The notes beneath the pieces were generated by a model that saw only the letters and a list, made by a program, of their open reading frames with translations, was not told the origin of the DNA and did not search any database. 59,490 nt of DNA from Deinococcales bacterium (GTDB lineage Bacteria; Deinococcota; Deinococci; Deinococcales; JAAFIG01), in assembly GCA_013298185.1 (NCBI GenBank), contig JAAFJQ010000001.1:26272-85761 (forward strand), given 5' to 3'. Positions 9,218 through 16,637 of this stretch are shown in pieces. Both the position numbers and the translations under genes were made by a program. Numbering within the stretch: the stretch's first letter is position 1; each line of letters starts with the position of its first letter.

Positions 9218-9637
9218 ATGGCTCGAGACCTGTACCATGAAACTGTACGCAAAGCCCTCGAGAAAGATGGCTGGACAATTATTGCTGACCCATTAGAACT
9301 TCGTTTTGGACTCGAGACACGGTACTTAATAGATTTAGCGGCAGAGCGCTTAATAACAGCAGAACGTGGCATGGAAAAAATAGCCGTCGAGGTCAAAAGT
9401 TTTCTCGAGGTTTCCAAAACTCATGAATTCCACAGCGCCCTTGGACAATACCTTAATTACCGAGTTGCACTTGGCTTGAAAATGTCGGAGTATAAACTGT
9501 ACTTGGCTGTTCCCGAAGATGTTTATCTTGATTTTATGAAACGCGAAGTTGTGCAGATCACCTTGAAAACCTACCAAGTTCATATCTTGGCTTACAACCC
9601 TTTAACCGAGGAGCTAATTTATGCAGAACATGATTGA
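9218..9637 (+). CDS. xisH: XisH family protein (fdxN-element excision controlling factor-like, endonuclease fold)
   Basis: 139 aa with the N-terminus MARDLYHETVRKALEKDGWTI characteristic of XisH. Confidence 0.9.
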   Translation: MARDLYHETVRKALEKDGWTIIADPLELRFGLETRYLIDLAAERLITAERGMEKIAVEVKSFLEVSKTHEFHSALGQYLNYRVALGLKMSEYKLYLAVPEDVYLDFMKREVVQITLKTYQVHILAYNPLTEELIYAEHD

Positions 9638-9953
9638 AATTATTCGCGGCGTGCTAACAGAAATTGCCCAACCAGCCATTCATGACAACATCGAATACCA
9701 ATTGGTTTTTGATTCTGAGCATCATCATTATCAGATCAATGCCGTCGGCTGGAACGGAATGCAGCGAATTCATGGGATATTGGTACAAATAGACATTAAA
9801 GACAACTTGGTTTGGATTCAAGAAGACAACACTGAACACCGAGTCGCAGAGCAGCTTGTAGCGCGTGGAATTCCCAAAGACAAAATTGTTTTAGCGTACC
9901 ACGCTCCATACCGACGACCATTCACAGGTTATGCCACAGGAAGCACTGAGTAG
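9621..9953 (+). CDS. xisI: XisI family protein
   Basis: 110 aa with YQLVFDSEHHHYQ..GW.....HG..VQIDIKDNLVWIQEDNTE..VAEQLV..GIPKDKIVL, typical of XisI. It overlaps xisH by 17 nt. Confidence 0.9.
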   Translation: MQNMIEIIRGVLTEIAQPAIHDNIEYQLVFDSEHHHYQINAVGWNGMQRIHGILVQIDIKDNLVWIQEDNTEHRVAEQLVARGIPKDKIVLAYHAPYRRPFTGYATGSTE

Positions 9954-9959
9954 GACATC

Positions 9960-10187
9960 ATGACCCAATACCAACGCATTCTCGAGACATGGCAAAATCT
10001 GAGTTTTGATTTGCGTGAACCGTAAAGCGAAAACGAATACCTTGATTTGCTCGAGTTCACCCGCCAATTAACGGATGAACACAGCGTCGAAAGCGAACCG
10101 ATTAAAACCCTTTTCTGGTTGGCTTGTGAATACTTGCGGCGTTGGGAAGTGCAGCATGACCCGTGGGCAAGTCAGCCAGTGGCATAA
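9960..10187 (+). pseudogene. Degraded HigA-type antitoxin gene (N-terminal region only, in-frame TAA at 10023-10025)
   Basis: The frame reads MTQYQRILETWQNLSFDLREP*SENEYLDLLEFTRQLTDEHSVESEPIKTLFWLACEYLRRWEVQHDPW... This resembles the N-terminal non-HTH part of COG5499/HigA antitoxins, and no HTH domain follows. Confidence 0.4.
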
Positions 10188-10300
10188 GCCAAACCTCGAG
10201 CATGGTTTGAAAGACAGCACAAGCATGGGCAGAATGTTCGAGCGATTGCAGATTCTCGAGTGGAATTTGAAAGCGTGGGCGAAGCCCACCCTACGCAACT
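10183..10300. repeat. Cassette-associated repeat, copy R3 (core 10190-10243 plus extension)
   Basis: It begins with the same GCATAA as R1 (here the stop of the higA-like remnant) and is about 85% identical to R1 over about 120 nt. Confidence 0.85.
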
Positions 10301-10385
10301 ACGCAACATTTGACTCGAGTGAAATTTGAAACTGACTCTACGTGACATAAAACTGTGGCTCAGACAAAAAATCAGAGTATTCAAG

Positions 10386-10664
10386 TTATTTACGCTTTTT
10401 TGTAGCGGTATCCATAGTAACAAAGAAAAATCGAACACCTAAGTAAATCGGGAAAACATTAATGAAGTCACGAATCAGAAAAAGTGTGAAGTCATTCTTT
10501 TCTATTAAAGCTTTACTCGATTTGTCAAAAAAGTCCGTTGACTGAACATGAAATAGATTGTATTTACCAAGCCAAAACATCATTAGTGAATATGACGTAA
10601 ACACTACGAGAAAAAGTAGAAATCCTCTTATTTCCGATAGAATTAATTTCGCATTCATAAGCAT
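10386..10664 (-). CDS. Hypothetical small membrane protein in an AT-rich segment
   Basis: The ORF lies downstream of yoeB on the same strand and is hydrophobic (GFLLFLVVFTSYSLMMFWL, FINVFPIYLGVRFFFV). The ATG at 10664 avoids overlap with yoeB. I recognised no homology. Confidence 0.3.
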   Translation of the reverse strand: MLMNAKLILSEIRGFLLFLVVFTSYSLMMFWLGKYNLFHVQSTDFFDKSSKALIEKNDFTLFLIRDFINVFPIYLGVRFFFVTMDTATKKRK

Positions 10665-10717
10665 TATTTCTCTGGTTGGGCTTTTTGGCACTCTGTATGA
10701 AGTATGAAAAATAGAGC

Positions 10718-10981
10718 TTAAAAATCGTCGTAATGACCTCTGCATGATAAAATCAGCAATCGTTCGTTGTTAAATGTGTAGACCAAGCGATGCTCTTTGG
10801 TGATTCGTCTTGACCAGTAACCTTTGAGATCATGCTTTAAGGGTTCTGGTTTTCCTGTTCCTTGGAATGGGCTTCTCGAGCATTCTTTGATAAGGCTGTT
10901 AATTCGTTGCCAAACCACGATGTCTTGGCTGTGCCACCACAAATAATCCTGCCAAGCATCATCGGTGAAAACAAAATTCAT
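10718..10981 (-). CDS. yoeB: YoeB/Txe-family mRNA interferase toxin
   Basis: 87 aa with FT..AW.DY.WW, GTGKPEPLKHDLKGYWSRRI..EHRLVY and a RGHY tail. Confidence 0.9.
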   Translation of the reverse strand: MNFVFTDDAWQDYLWWHSQDIVVWQRINSLIKECSRSPFQGTGKPEPLKHDLKGYWSRRITKEHRLVYTFNNERLLILSCRGHYDDF

Positions 10982-11238
10982 AAGTCAAGTTCGGCTAGGG
11001 TTTTACTTACCACTTGGTTATTCTGCACTTGCTCGAGAGCTTGGCGGAGCTTATAAGCTGTTTTTGGATTGGAAATCAAGTAATCTGTTTCGCTGAGCGA
11101 ATTATATTCTTCTATGGGCATGACAACCACTTTAGAACCATCTTGAGCAATCATAATGGTTGGTTCAATGCTTTGAATTATAGAATGCACCAAGGCTTCA
11201 AGGTCTTTGCCCGCTTCTTGAGTGGTAATGGCGTTCAT
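10978..11238 (-). CDS. yefM: Phd/YefM-family antitoxin
   Basis: 86 aa with EPTIMIAQDGSKVVVMPIEEYNSLSETDYLISNP. A 4-nt overlap joins it to yoeB. Confidence 0.9.
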   Translation of the reverse strand: MNAITTQEAGKDLEALVHSIIQSIEPTIMIAQDGSKVVVMPIEEYNSLSETDYLISNPKTAYKLRQALEQVQNNQVVSKTLAELDL

Positions 11239-11263
11239 GCAATAAGTCTACACGATTCTCGGG

Positions 11264-13069
11264 TTACGACAACCAATCAGCCGCCGCTTTCTCGGATTCT
11301 TCTCTTGTGGTCGGCATGTCTTTGACTTCATCTCGGCGGGTTGCCCAAGCAGGAAATGGGAAGGTTATCATCACAGGGCTTGGCACTTCGGGTTGCGAAA
11401 CTATCATTGTACCGGGTTGCAAAATCCCTGAGCGCAAACGAAACGCTCCGGGTAGAAAACGGTACTCTGGGCGTTCAGCTTCGGCGGGGTCTAAGCGCCC
11501 GACCACACGAATACTGGCGTTACTGACAATGCGCCGTTCGACTTCGGAAGCGGTTTGCTGAGCGCCGATCAGGATAATCCCCAAACTGCGTCCACGCTCG
11601 GCAATGTCGAGCAGCACATCTTTGATGGGGCTTTCGCCGTCTCGAGGGGCGTATTTGTTCAACTCATCCAGCACCACGAACACATACGGGGTGCGCCCTT
11701 TGCGTTCTTTGTCCTCGAACAGTTGCTTCAAAATCACACCAACCACAAACATCTGAGCGTGACTGTGCAACCCGTGGATGTCCACCACCGAAAGCTGGTT
11801 CCGCATTGGGTCTGGGCGGTAGGCTGCGGCTCGAGCCGCGTCTAAATCGCCTCGGATGAGTGGATTAAGGTGCTTGACCACGCCACGCAAGCGCCGCACA
11901 AAGGCTTGGCGCGTGCCAGACGGTTGCTTTCCAGCCCAGCGTGGGTCGCCTTCGCCATCGTTTTGGTCTATCAGTTTGTACTCGAGGTACGCAATGAGTT
12001 GCGTGAAGCTGGTCAGTTTGGCTTTGCCAATCTGATTAAATTCAATACTTTCGTCTATTTCGGCAATGTCCTCGCGTGACCAATCATCCACCAGAATATG
12101 CGGGGCGCTGGCATCTTGGCTCGAGGAGAGTTTATACAGGCGCTCTTCAATTTGCCCAATCAAAAAACCAAGGTTCAAACTGGCATCACGGTCAGCAAAG
12201 CAGTACGGCAGTAAACGCTCGAGAGCAAATTGTTTGATCGTCCATAAGTACGGCGTGATGCCCTGCCCACGCTGCGATGCCCCGTGGGTAATCACGCCTT
12301 CTGTGCCAATGTTCGGCGCTAAGAACTGCACATCCGAGAATGGCGCGGCAGGCAAACCACAAACCGTATACCGATCTGTGCTTAAACCTCGAGCCGCGCT
12401 TTGTTTGGCTTCGCGGTCACGGAATTTATTGTTTTCCTTGTCTAGGAAAAGCAAATCCTCGCCTTTGACATTAAAAATTACGGCTCGAGAATTGCTACGC
12501 TCGAGACCAAGGGCTTGGGAATTAAAAATGCTGTACAGCAAAAAAAGAGCGTAACTGGTTTTGGTCGCCACGCCCGACACACCCGAAATGTTGACATGAG
12601 CGCCGTTCTCGCCATTCAAAAACGCAAAATTCAAAAAGGCTGGCTGACCATTTCGCAGCACCCCCGCAGGCGTGACCGACTCCATGCGGTCTTGGTACAA
12701 CGCCATCTCGAGTTCCTTGCCAACCGCGTGCCAAACCTCATCACCGGGATGCGGTGGCACAAATTCCTCGGGGTCAACTCGAGTCACAATCACATGCGCG
12801 GCGTAACTCACATTGACTGGGATTGTTCCCTCGAGCGCAAGACGGGTATCAGAATCAAACTGCACCCCCTCGTGGAGTTTACGCACCGTGTCCACCACGC
12901 CGTAAAAGGAAATATATTCATTTGTTCCCTCGAGCGGTTTCTTGGTTTTCACCACCACAAGGTCATCAAGCTGAAGCATCTGCCCTTCGTTCACACCCAC
13001 CCAAAACTCGAGGGGAGCGCTGTCTTTTGTGCCTAAAATCATTCCAACGGGCTGTAGTGGTGAATTCAT
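11264..13069 (-). CDS. herA: HerA-like hexameric ATPase/translocase (DUF87 family), bacterial HerA
   Basis: About 601 aa from the ATG at 13069 (GGAGA RBS). P-loop region [16 protein letters not shown] and Walker [14 protein letters not shown]. Size and pairing with a NurA-like gene match what I recall of the Deinococcus HerA-NurA arrangement. Confidence 0.8.
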   Translation of the reverse strand: MNSPLQPVGMILGTKDSAPLEFWVGVNEGQMLQLDDLVVVKTKKPLEGTNEYISFYGVVDTVRKLHEGVQFDSDTRLALEGTIPVNVSYAAHVIVTRVDPEEFVPPHPGDEVWHAVGKELEMALYQDRMESVTPAGVLRNGQPAFLNFAFLNGENGAHVNISGVSGVATKTSYALFLLYSIFNSQALGLERSNSRAVIFNVKGEDLLFLDKENNKFRDREAKQSAARGLSTDRYTVCGLPAAPFSDVQFLAPNIGTEGVITHGASQRGQGITPYLWTIKQFALERLLPYCFADRDASLNLGFLIGQIEERLYKLSSSQDASAPHILVDDWSREDIAEIDESIEFNQIGKAKLTSFTQLIAYLEYKLIDQNDGEGDPRWAGKQPSGTRQAFVRRLRGVVKHLNPLIRGDLDAARAAAYRPDPMRNQLSVVDIHGLHSHAQMFVVGVILKQLFEDKERKGRTPYVFVVLDELNKYAPRDGESPIKDVLLDIAERGRSLGIILIGAQQTASEVERRIVSNASIRVVGRLDPAEAERPEYRFLPGAFRLRSGILQPGTMIVSQPEVPSPVMITFPFPAWATRRDEVKDMPTTREESEKAAADWLS

Positions 13070-13158
13070 GAATGTGTCTCCAATGTCATTAAATTGCATT
13101 TGATTTTCCAGCACCCCTCTTTGAGGGGTCGAGCGAAGCGAGGGGGAGTCCGTAAGAG

Positions 13159-14184
13159 CTAATTCGTATTCTTTGCCGCCTCGAGAGGCATTTCTTCTCG
13201 AGCATTAAGACCTTTGAGATGCGCCTGAATTCTGCGCCGAATGATGCTCATGTCACCCATCCGCCTTCCTAAATCAGACTCGAGAAAGGCAATCGGCATG
13301 AGTTGCTGTGGCGCTCGAGGATCGCGGAACGCTTTGGCGCTGTAACGTGGCAGTACCCGGCAACTCCAATCCGCAATTTCTTTTGCCCATTCTATCCCCA
13401 AGGTGTCGCGCACCTCGAGCCTGACCAGTCCAGCATAGGGCTGAATATAATCTGGGGTGTCCTCGAGCCTGATGTACCAACTGTAACGCGGCAAAATTCG
13501 GCTGCCGATGCGAAAAATCGGGGTGCGTTCGCCTTTCTCGAGTTGGCGCATGACTTCGCGTTCCTCGCCTGATAAGTACAGTTGGTGCAGGGTTTTGACG
13601 TAGCCCAAACTGCGCTCTGGGGCGCGGCGTTGCAGTGGTCCATCTAAGATCAAGAGCGCACTCTCGAGGGGTAAGCCTCCTGCCAGTTTATCTTCGGCAT
13701 CACGCATCAGCATTTGCAGGCGTTGCACGAGGGCATTTTCTAAGTTTTGCGTGTCGTTCAGGGCTTCGTAGCGGTACTCGAGCCGTCCGTATTCGTGTCC
13801 TCGGTTTTCGATGATTAAATCTTGCCCGACCCCACCCGATAAAATCAGGATTCGCTCGAGAACCCTGTCCACCACTTTGGCTGGGGTGAGGGTGTCGTGC
13901 TTGGTGGTGACTGCGCCGACTGCCAGTGTGCCGAGCAATCCGGGGGCAATCACGCCTTTATCAAGCGTGTTCCAAACCCGCCCCTCGAGTCTGCGCCGTC
14001 CATCTATGAAGTACAATTGACTGAAATCCACGCGGTAGGTGCTTGGGCGCACTTTGCCCCACACACTGAACTCCACCTCGAGTTCGACATCCTCGAGTGA
14101 GGTTGGGGCGTTGGTGTCAGCGTGTAGACTGGTGTCGTACTCTGGACTCCAAGGCTCGAGGGTGAGGCGTAAATTACGTTGCAT
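13159..14184 (-). CDS. nurA: NurA-like nuclease
   Basis: About 341 aa. The acidic motifs YFIDGRRR and LILDGPL fit NurA-domain catalytic Asp positions. It lies immediately upstream of herA on the same strand. Confidence 0.65.
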   Translation of the reverse strand: MQRNLRLTLEPWSPEYDTSLHADTNAPTSLEDVELEVEFSVWGKVRPSTYRVDFSQLYFIDGRRRLEGRVWNTLDKGVIAPGLLGTLAVGAVTTKHDTLTPAKVVDRVLERILILSGGVGQDLIIENRGHEYGRLEYRYEALNDTQNLENALVQRLQMLMRDAEDKLAGGLPLESALLILDGPLQRRAPERSLGYVKTLHQLYLSGEEREVMRQLEKGERTPIFRIGSRILPRYSWYIRLEDTPDYIQPYAGLVRLEVRDTLGIEWAKEIADWSCRVLPRYSAKAFRDPRAPQQLMPIAFLESDLGRRMGDMSIIRRRIQAHLKGLNAREEMPLEAAKNTN

Positions 14185-14317
14185 CCATAACAAGTCTATC
14201 AGGTTGTGGGGGTAAAGCCAAAATGATTGAACTTTTTTGTGGCATTCACGTATTTACTCTCGAGGATGCCTGATGCTGCTGACGTTTCAAACATTTCACC
14301 TGCCGAGTGTGGTTAGA

Positions 14318-14902
14318 ATGCCACAAATGGCTTCGCCTCTGTCTGATGCTGATTTAATTGCGCGTTTTGCTTGGCGCGATGAAGAAGCGTTATCCGAAAT
14401 TTATGATCGTTACTCGAGCAGTTTGTTTGGTTTGGCGTTGCGGGTTTCGGGTTCAAGGGAACGGGCTGAAGAAATTGTTCAAGATACCTTGATGAAGCTC
14501 TGGCGTAACCCAAGGTTGTTTGATCCGAGTAAAGCTGCGCTGTCTACTTTTTTAATGACCTTGGTTCGTAATGCCGCGATTGATACCCTTCGCCGTGAGC
14601 GCTACACCGTCCCACTCGAGGATGAAGAAGGCGAATCCCTGCCACTGGCAAGTAACTACGCCTCGCCGCTCGAGCAAGCAGAACTAGCACAGACGGCAGT
14701 GCGGGTGCGTTCAGCCATGGCAGATTTATCCGAAGCGCACCGCCAAACCGTCGAACTAGCGTATTTCAAGGGCGCGTCTCGAGAAGAAATTGCGGCTGCC
14801 ATGAATGTGCCTGTTGGCACGGTCAAAAGCCGTTTGAAATACGCGCTGGACAAGCTGCGCGGCACGTTGTCCGATGTTTGGGGTGAACCAATCCATGACT
14901 GA
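14318..14902 (+). CDS. ECF (group 4) sigma-70 family RNA polymerase sigma factor
   Basis: Region 2 (ALSEIYDRYSSSLFGLALRV..AEEIVQDTLMKLW) and region 4 (LSEAHRQTVELAYFKGASREEIAAAMNVPVGTVKSRL). The start is probably the ATG at 14318 or 14327. Confidence 0.85.
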   Translation: MPQMASPLSDADLIARFAWRDEEALSEIYDRYSSSLFGLALRVSGSRERAEEIVQDTLMKLWRNPRLFDPSKAALSTFLMTLVRNAAIDTLRRERYTVPLEDEEGESLPLASNYASPLEQAELAQTAVRVRSAMADLSEAHRQTVELAYFKGASREEIAAAMNVPVGTVKSRLKYALDKLRGTLSDVWGEPIHD

Positions 14903-16139
14903 ACATAGTGAACTTTTGCCATTTGTGATTCTTGGGCTTGCCACCCCTGAAGAAGTGCGTCAGGTCAAAGCTGCCCTCGAGACGGATGTGGCGTTAAGGC
15001 GTGAATATGCTGAACTCGAGTTGGTACTGACGGGCTTGGGTGCGACTGAAGCAGTTGAACCTCCTGCAAGTTTGAAGCAAAAAATTTTGGCAGCTTCTCG
15101 AGGTTCTGACCAATCCGAGTCTCGAGCCACCAATGAAGCCGAGTCTCGAGTTCGTCCCGCTCCAACTTCAAAGCGAACTGCTCCTCGCCCCATGGCTCGA
15201 GTTCTGCCTTGGGTGATGGCTGGTTTGGCAACGGCGCTGACAGCCGTGGCGGTTTTTGTGGCATTCCCACAAAGCCAAATCAATGCCACCACCTTGGCAG
15301 CCACAAGCGACGGCAGCATCATTTATGCCAATTCTGGTGCAATGTCGCGCAGTACCCCCGCGATGTTGGTGCGTTCCAATGGTGCAAAAATTCCGGTGCA
15401 GTTTGTGGCGGATAAAGAATGCAAGTTCACGGCTGCTGTCTCGAGTGATGGTTTAACGTATTTGCTTGACCAAGCCAACAATACAGTTTTTATCATTGAG
15501 GAAAGCACAGGAAAAATGGTTGACCGCTGGCTTGTACCAGCCAATGCCACGGGCTTAGACGTGGTGGGTAATACCGTAGTGGTGCGCTCGAGTCAGGTGG
15601 CACTGATTTTTAGGCGCAACCAAAGTGGTGAAAAAAGCATGGTTGAAGCACGGCTCTCGAGCAGCAAGCCCAGTGCTTATGCCGAAGCTGCGGTGATTGA
15701 TGGCGAACGCCTGTACACCACCGATCAGACCTTGGGTGTGGTGCATGTCCTCGAGACTGCCACAGGCAAGGAAATCAAGCAATTTGAGATACCCGAAAAA
15801 CCTGTTTCGCTGGCTGTTAGAAATGGTTTGTGGGTCTTGGATGCAGCTGGGGTGCTACTGAAGCTCGAGCTAAGCACTGGTGCGGTTCTCGAGAAGATTG
15901 TTTTAGAAGGTACTCCGCAACTGCTGCGTTTAACCGATTTATATGCTTTTGTGGCAGACAAAGAAGGCTTTGTCTCGGTGGTTGATTTGCAAAAACAGCA
16001 AGTCACAGTCCGTAAGCGCTTACGAAATCCTGCTTTGGCGCTCTCAATGATGCCCGATGGTCATATCGCTATTGCGGTTGAAAAAAACGGAATTGTCGTG
16101 CTGGACAATAAACTCGAGATGGTCAAAAGCATCAATTGA
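14895..16139 (+). CDS. Membrane anti-sigma factor (RskA-like N-terminus) with an extracytoplasmic beta-propeller-like domain
   Basis: The ATG at 14895 overlaps the sigma stop by 8 nt. There is one TM (VLPWVMAGLATALTAVAVFVAF). The C-terminal 280 aa carry repeated beta-strand blocks (..VFIIEESTGK.., ..VHVLETATGKE.., ..VSVVDLQKQQ..). Confidence 0.6.
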   Translation: MTEHSELLPFVILGLATPEEVRQVKAALETDVALRREYAELELVLTGLGATEAVEPPASLKQKILAASRGSDQSESRATNEAESRVRPAPTSKRTAPRPMARVLPWVMAGLATALTAVAVFVAFPQSQINATTLAATSDGSIIYANSGAMSRSTPAMLVRSNGAKIPVQFVADKECKFTAAVSSDGLTYLLDQANNTVFIIEESTGKMVDRWLVPANATGLDVVGNTVVVRSSQVALIFRRNQSGEKSMVEARLSSSKPSAYAEAAVIDGERLYTTDQTLGVVHVLETATGKEIKQFEIPEKPVSLAVRNGLWVLDAAGVLLKLELSTGAVLEKIVLEGTPQLLRLTDLYAFVADKEGFVSVVDLQKQQVTVRKRLRNPALALSMMPDGHIAIAVEKNGIVVLDNKLEMVKSIN

Positions 16140-16255
16140 ACAACCAGTTGGCGTCAAAAGGCGTTTGACGATTGTGTGACGCACCGTTTGCTAAGCTAAA
16201 CCTGTCCAAAAGGTGAGGAAGAAATCCAAGCCTGAAATTACCCTTGGAGGGGTTT

Positions 16256-16456
16256 ATGAAAAGAACAAATTACATGAAGCGAGCCACCCAACGTTTTCTC
16301 GAGGGAACCAAGTTCCGTACCCCAGTCGAAGCTGTCGAAGCTGGTGTTCGTAGCCTCGGTGATTGGGCAGACATGCTCGCTGAAGAACGCGAAGCCGAAA
16401 CCCTACAAAATAGCATGGAGCGCCGCCGTCAACGCGAAGTCGTGATCGAAGCATAA
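16256..16456 (+). CDS. Hypothetical small protein (66 aa)
   Basis: The ATG is preceded by GGAGGGG. The sequence is charged and helical, and I recognised no family. Confidence 0.35.
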   Translation: MKRTNYMKRATQRFLEGTKFRTPVEAVEAGVRSLGDWADMLAEEREAETLQNSMERRRQREVVIEA

Positions 16457-16594
16457 GGTTAAAAGTGGTTTTGAATCATCGCAAACCACCTTGATCAATA
16501 CTGTCCAAATGGCTTACATTGCCAAGTCAATTAGCGCACATTGTTTATTTCAAAGCACTGTATAATACCTCCAAGTTGAACACTTGCATCCACA

Positions 16595-16631
16595 CCTCGA
16601 GCCAACGCAAATGCGTTCTCGAGGTTTTGTC
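16595..16631 (+). terminator. Terminator-like hairpin in the hflX upstream region
   Basis: CCTCGAGCCAACGC-aaat-GCGTT-CTCGAGG followed by TTTTGTCTTTT. Confidence 0.45.
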
Positions 16632-16637
16632 TTTTGA

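Noticed and set aside
8391-10300. Whether the three cassette-associated repeats are integron attC sites.
   Set aside because: There are no RYYYAAC/GTTRRRY core sites, the overall symmetry is not attC-like, and no intI integrase or attI is in the window. I therefore report them only as cassette-associated repeats.
13114-13146. Similarity between the CCCCTC-ttt-GAGGGG..GCGAAGCGAGGGGG segment and CCCCCT-aaaag-AGGGGG..(59120-59158) as a dispersed repeat family.
   Set aside because: Only the short G/C hairpin is shared and the flanks do not align convincingly. I mention it under herA-nurA but do not call it a repeat family.
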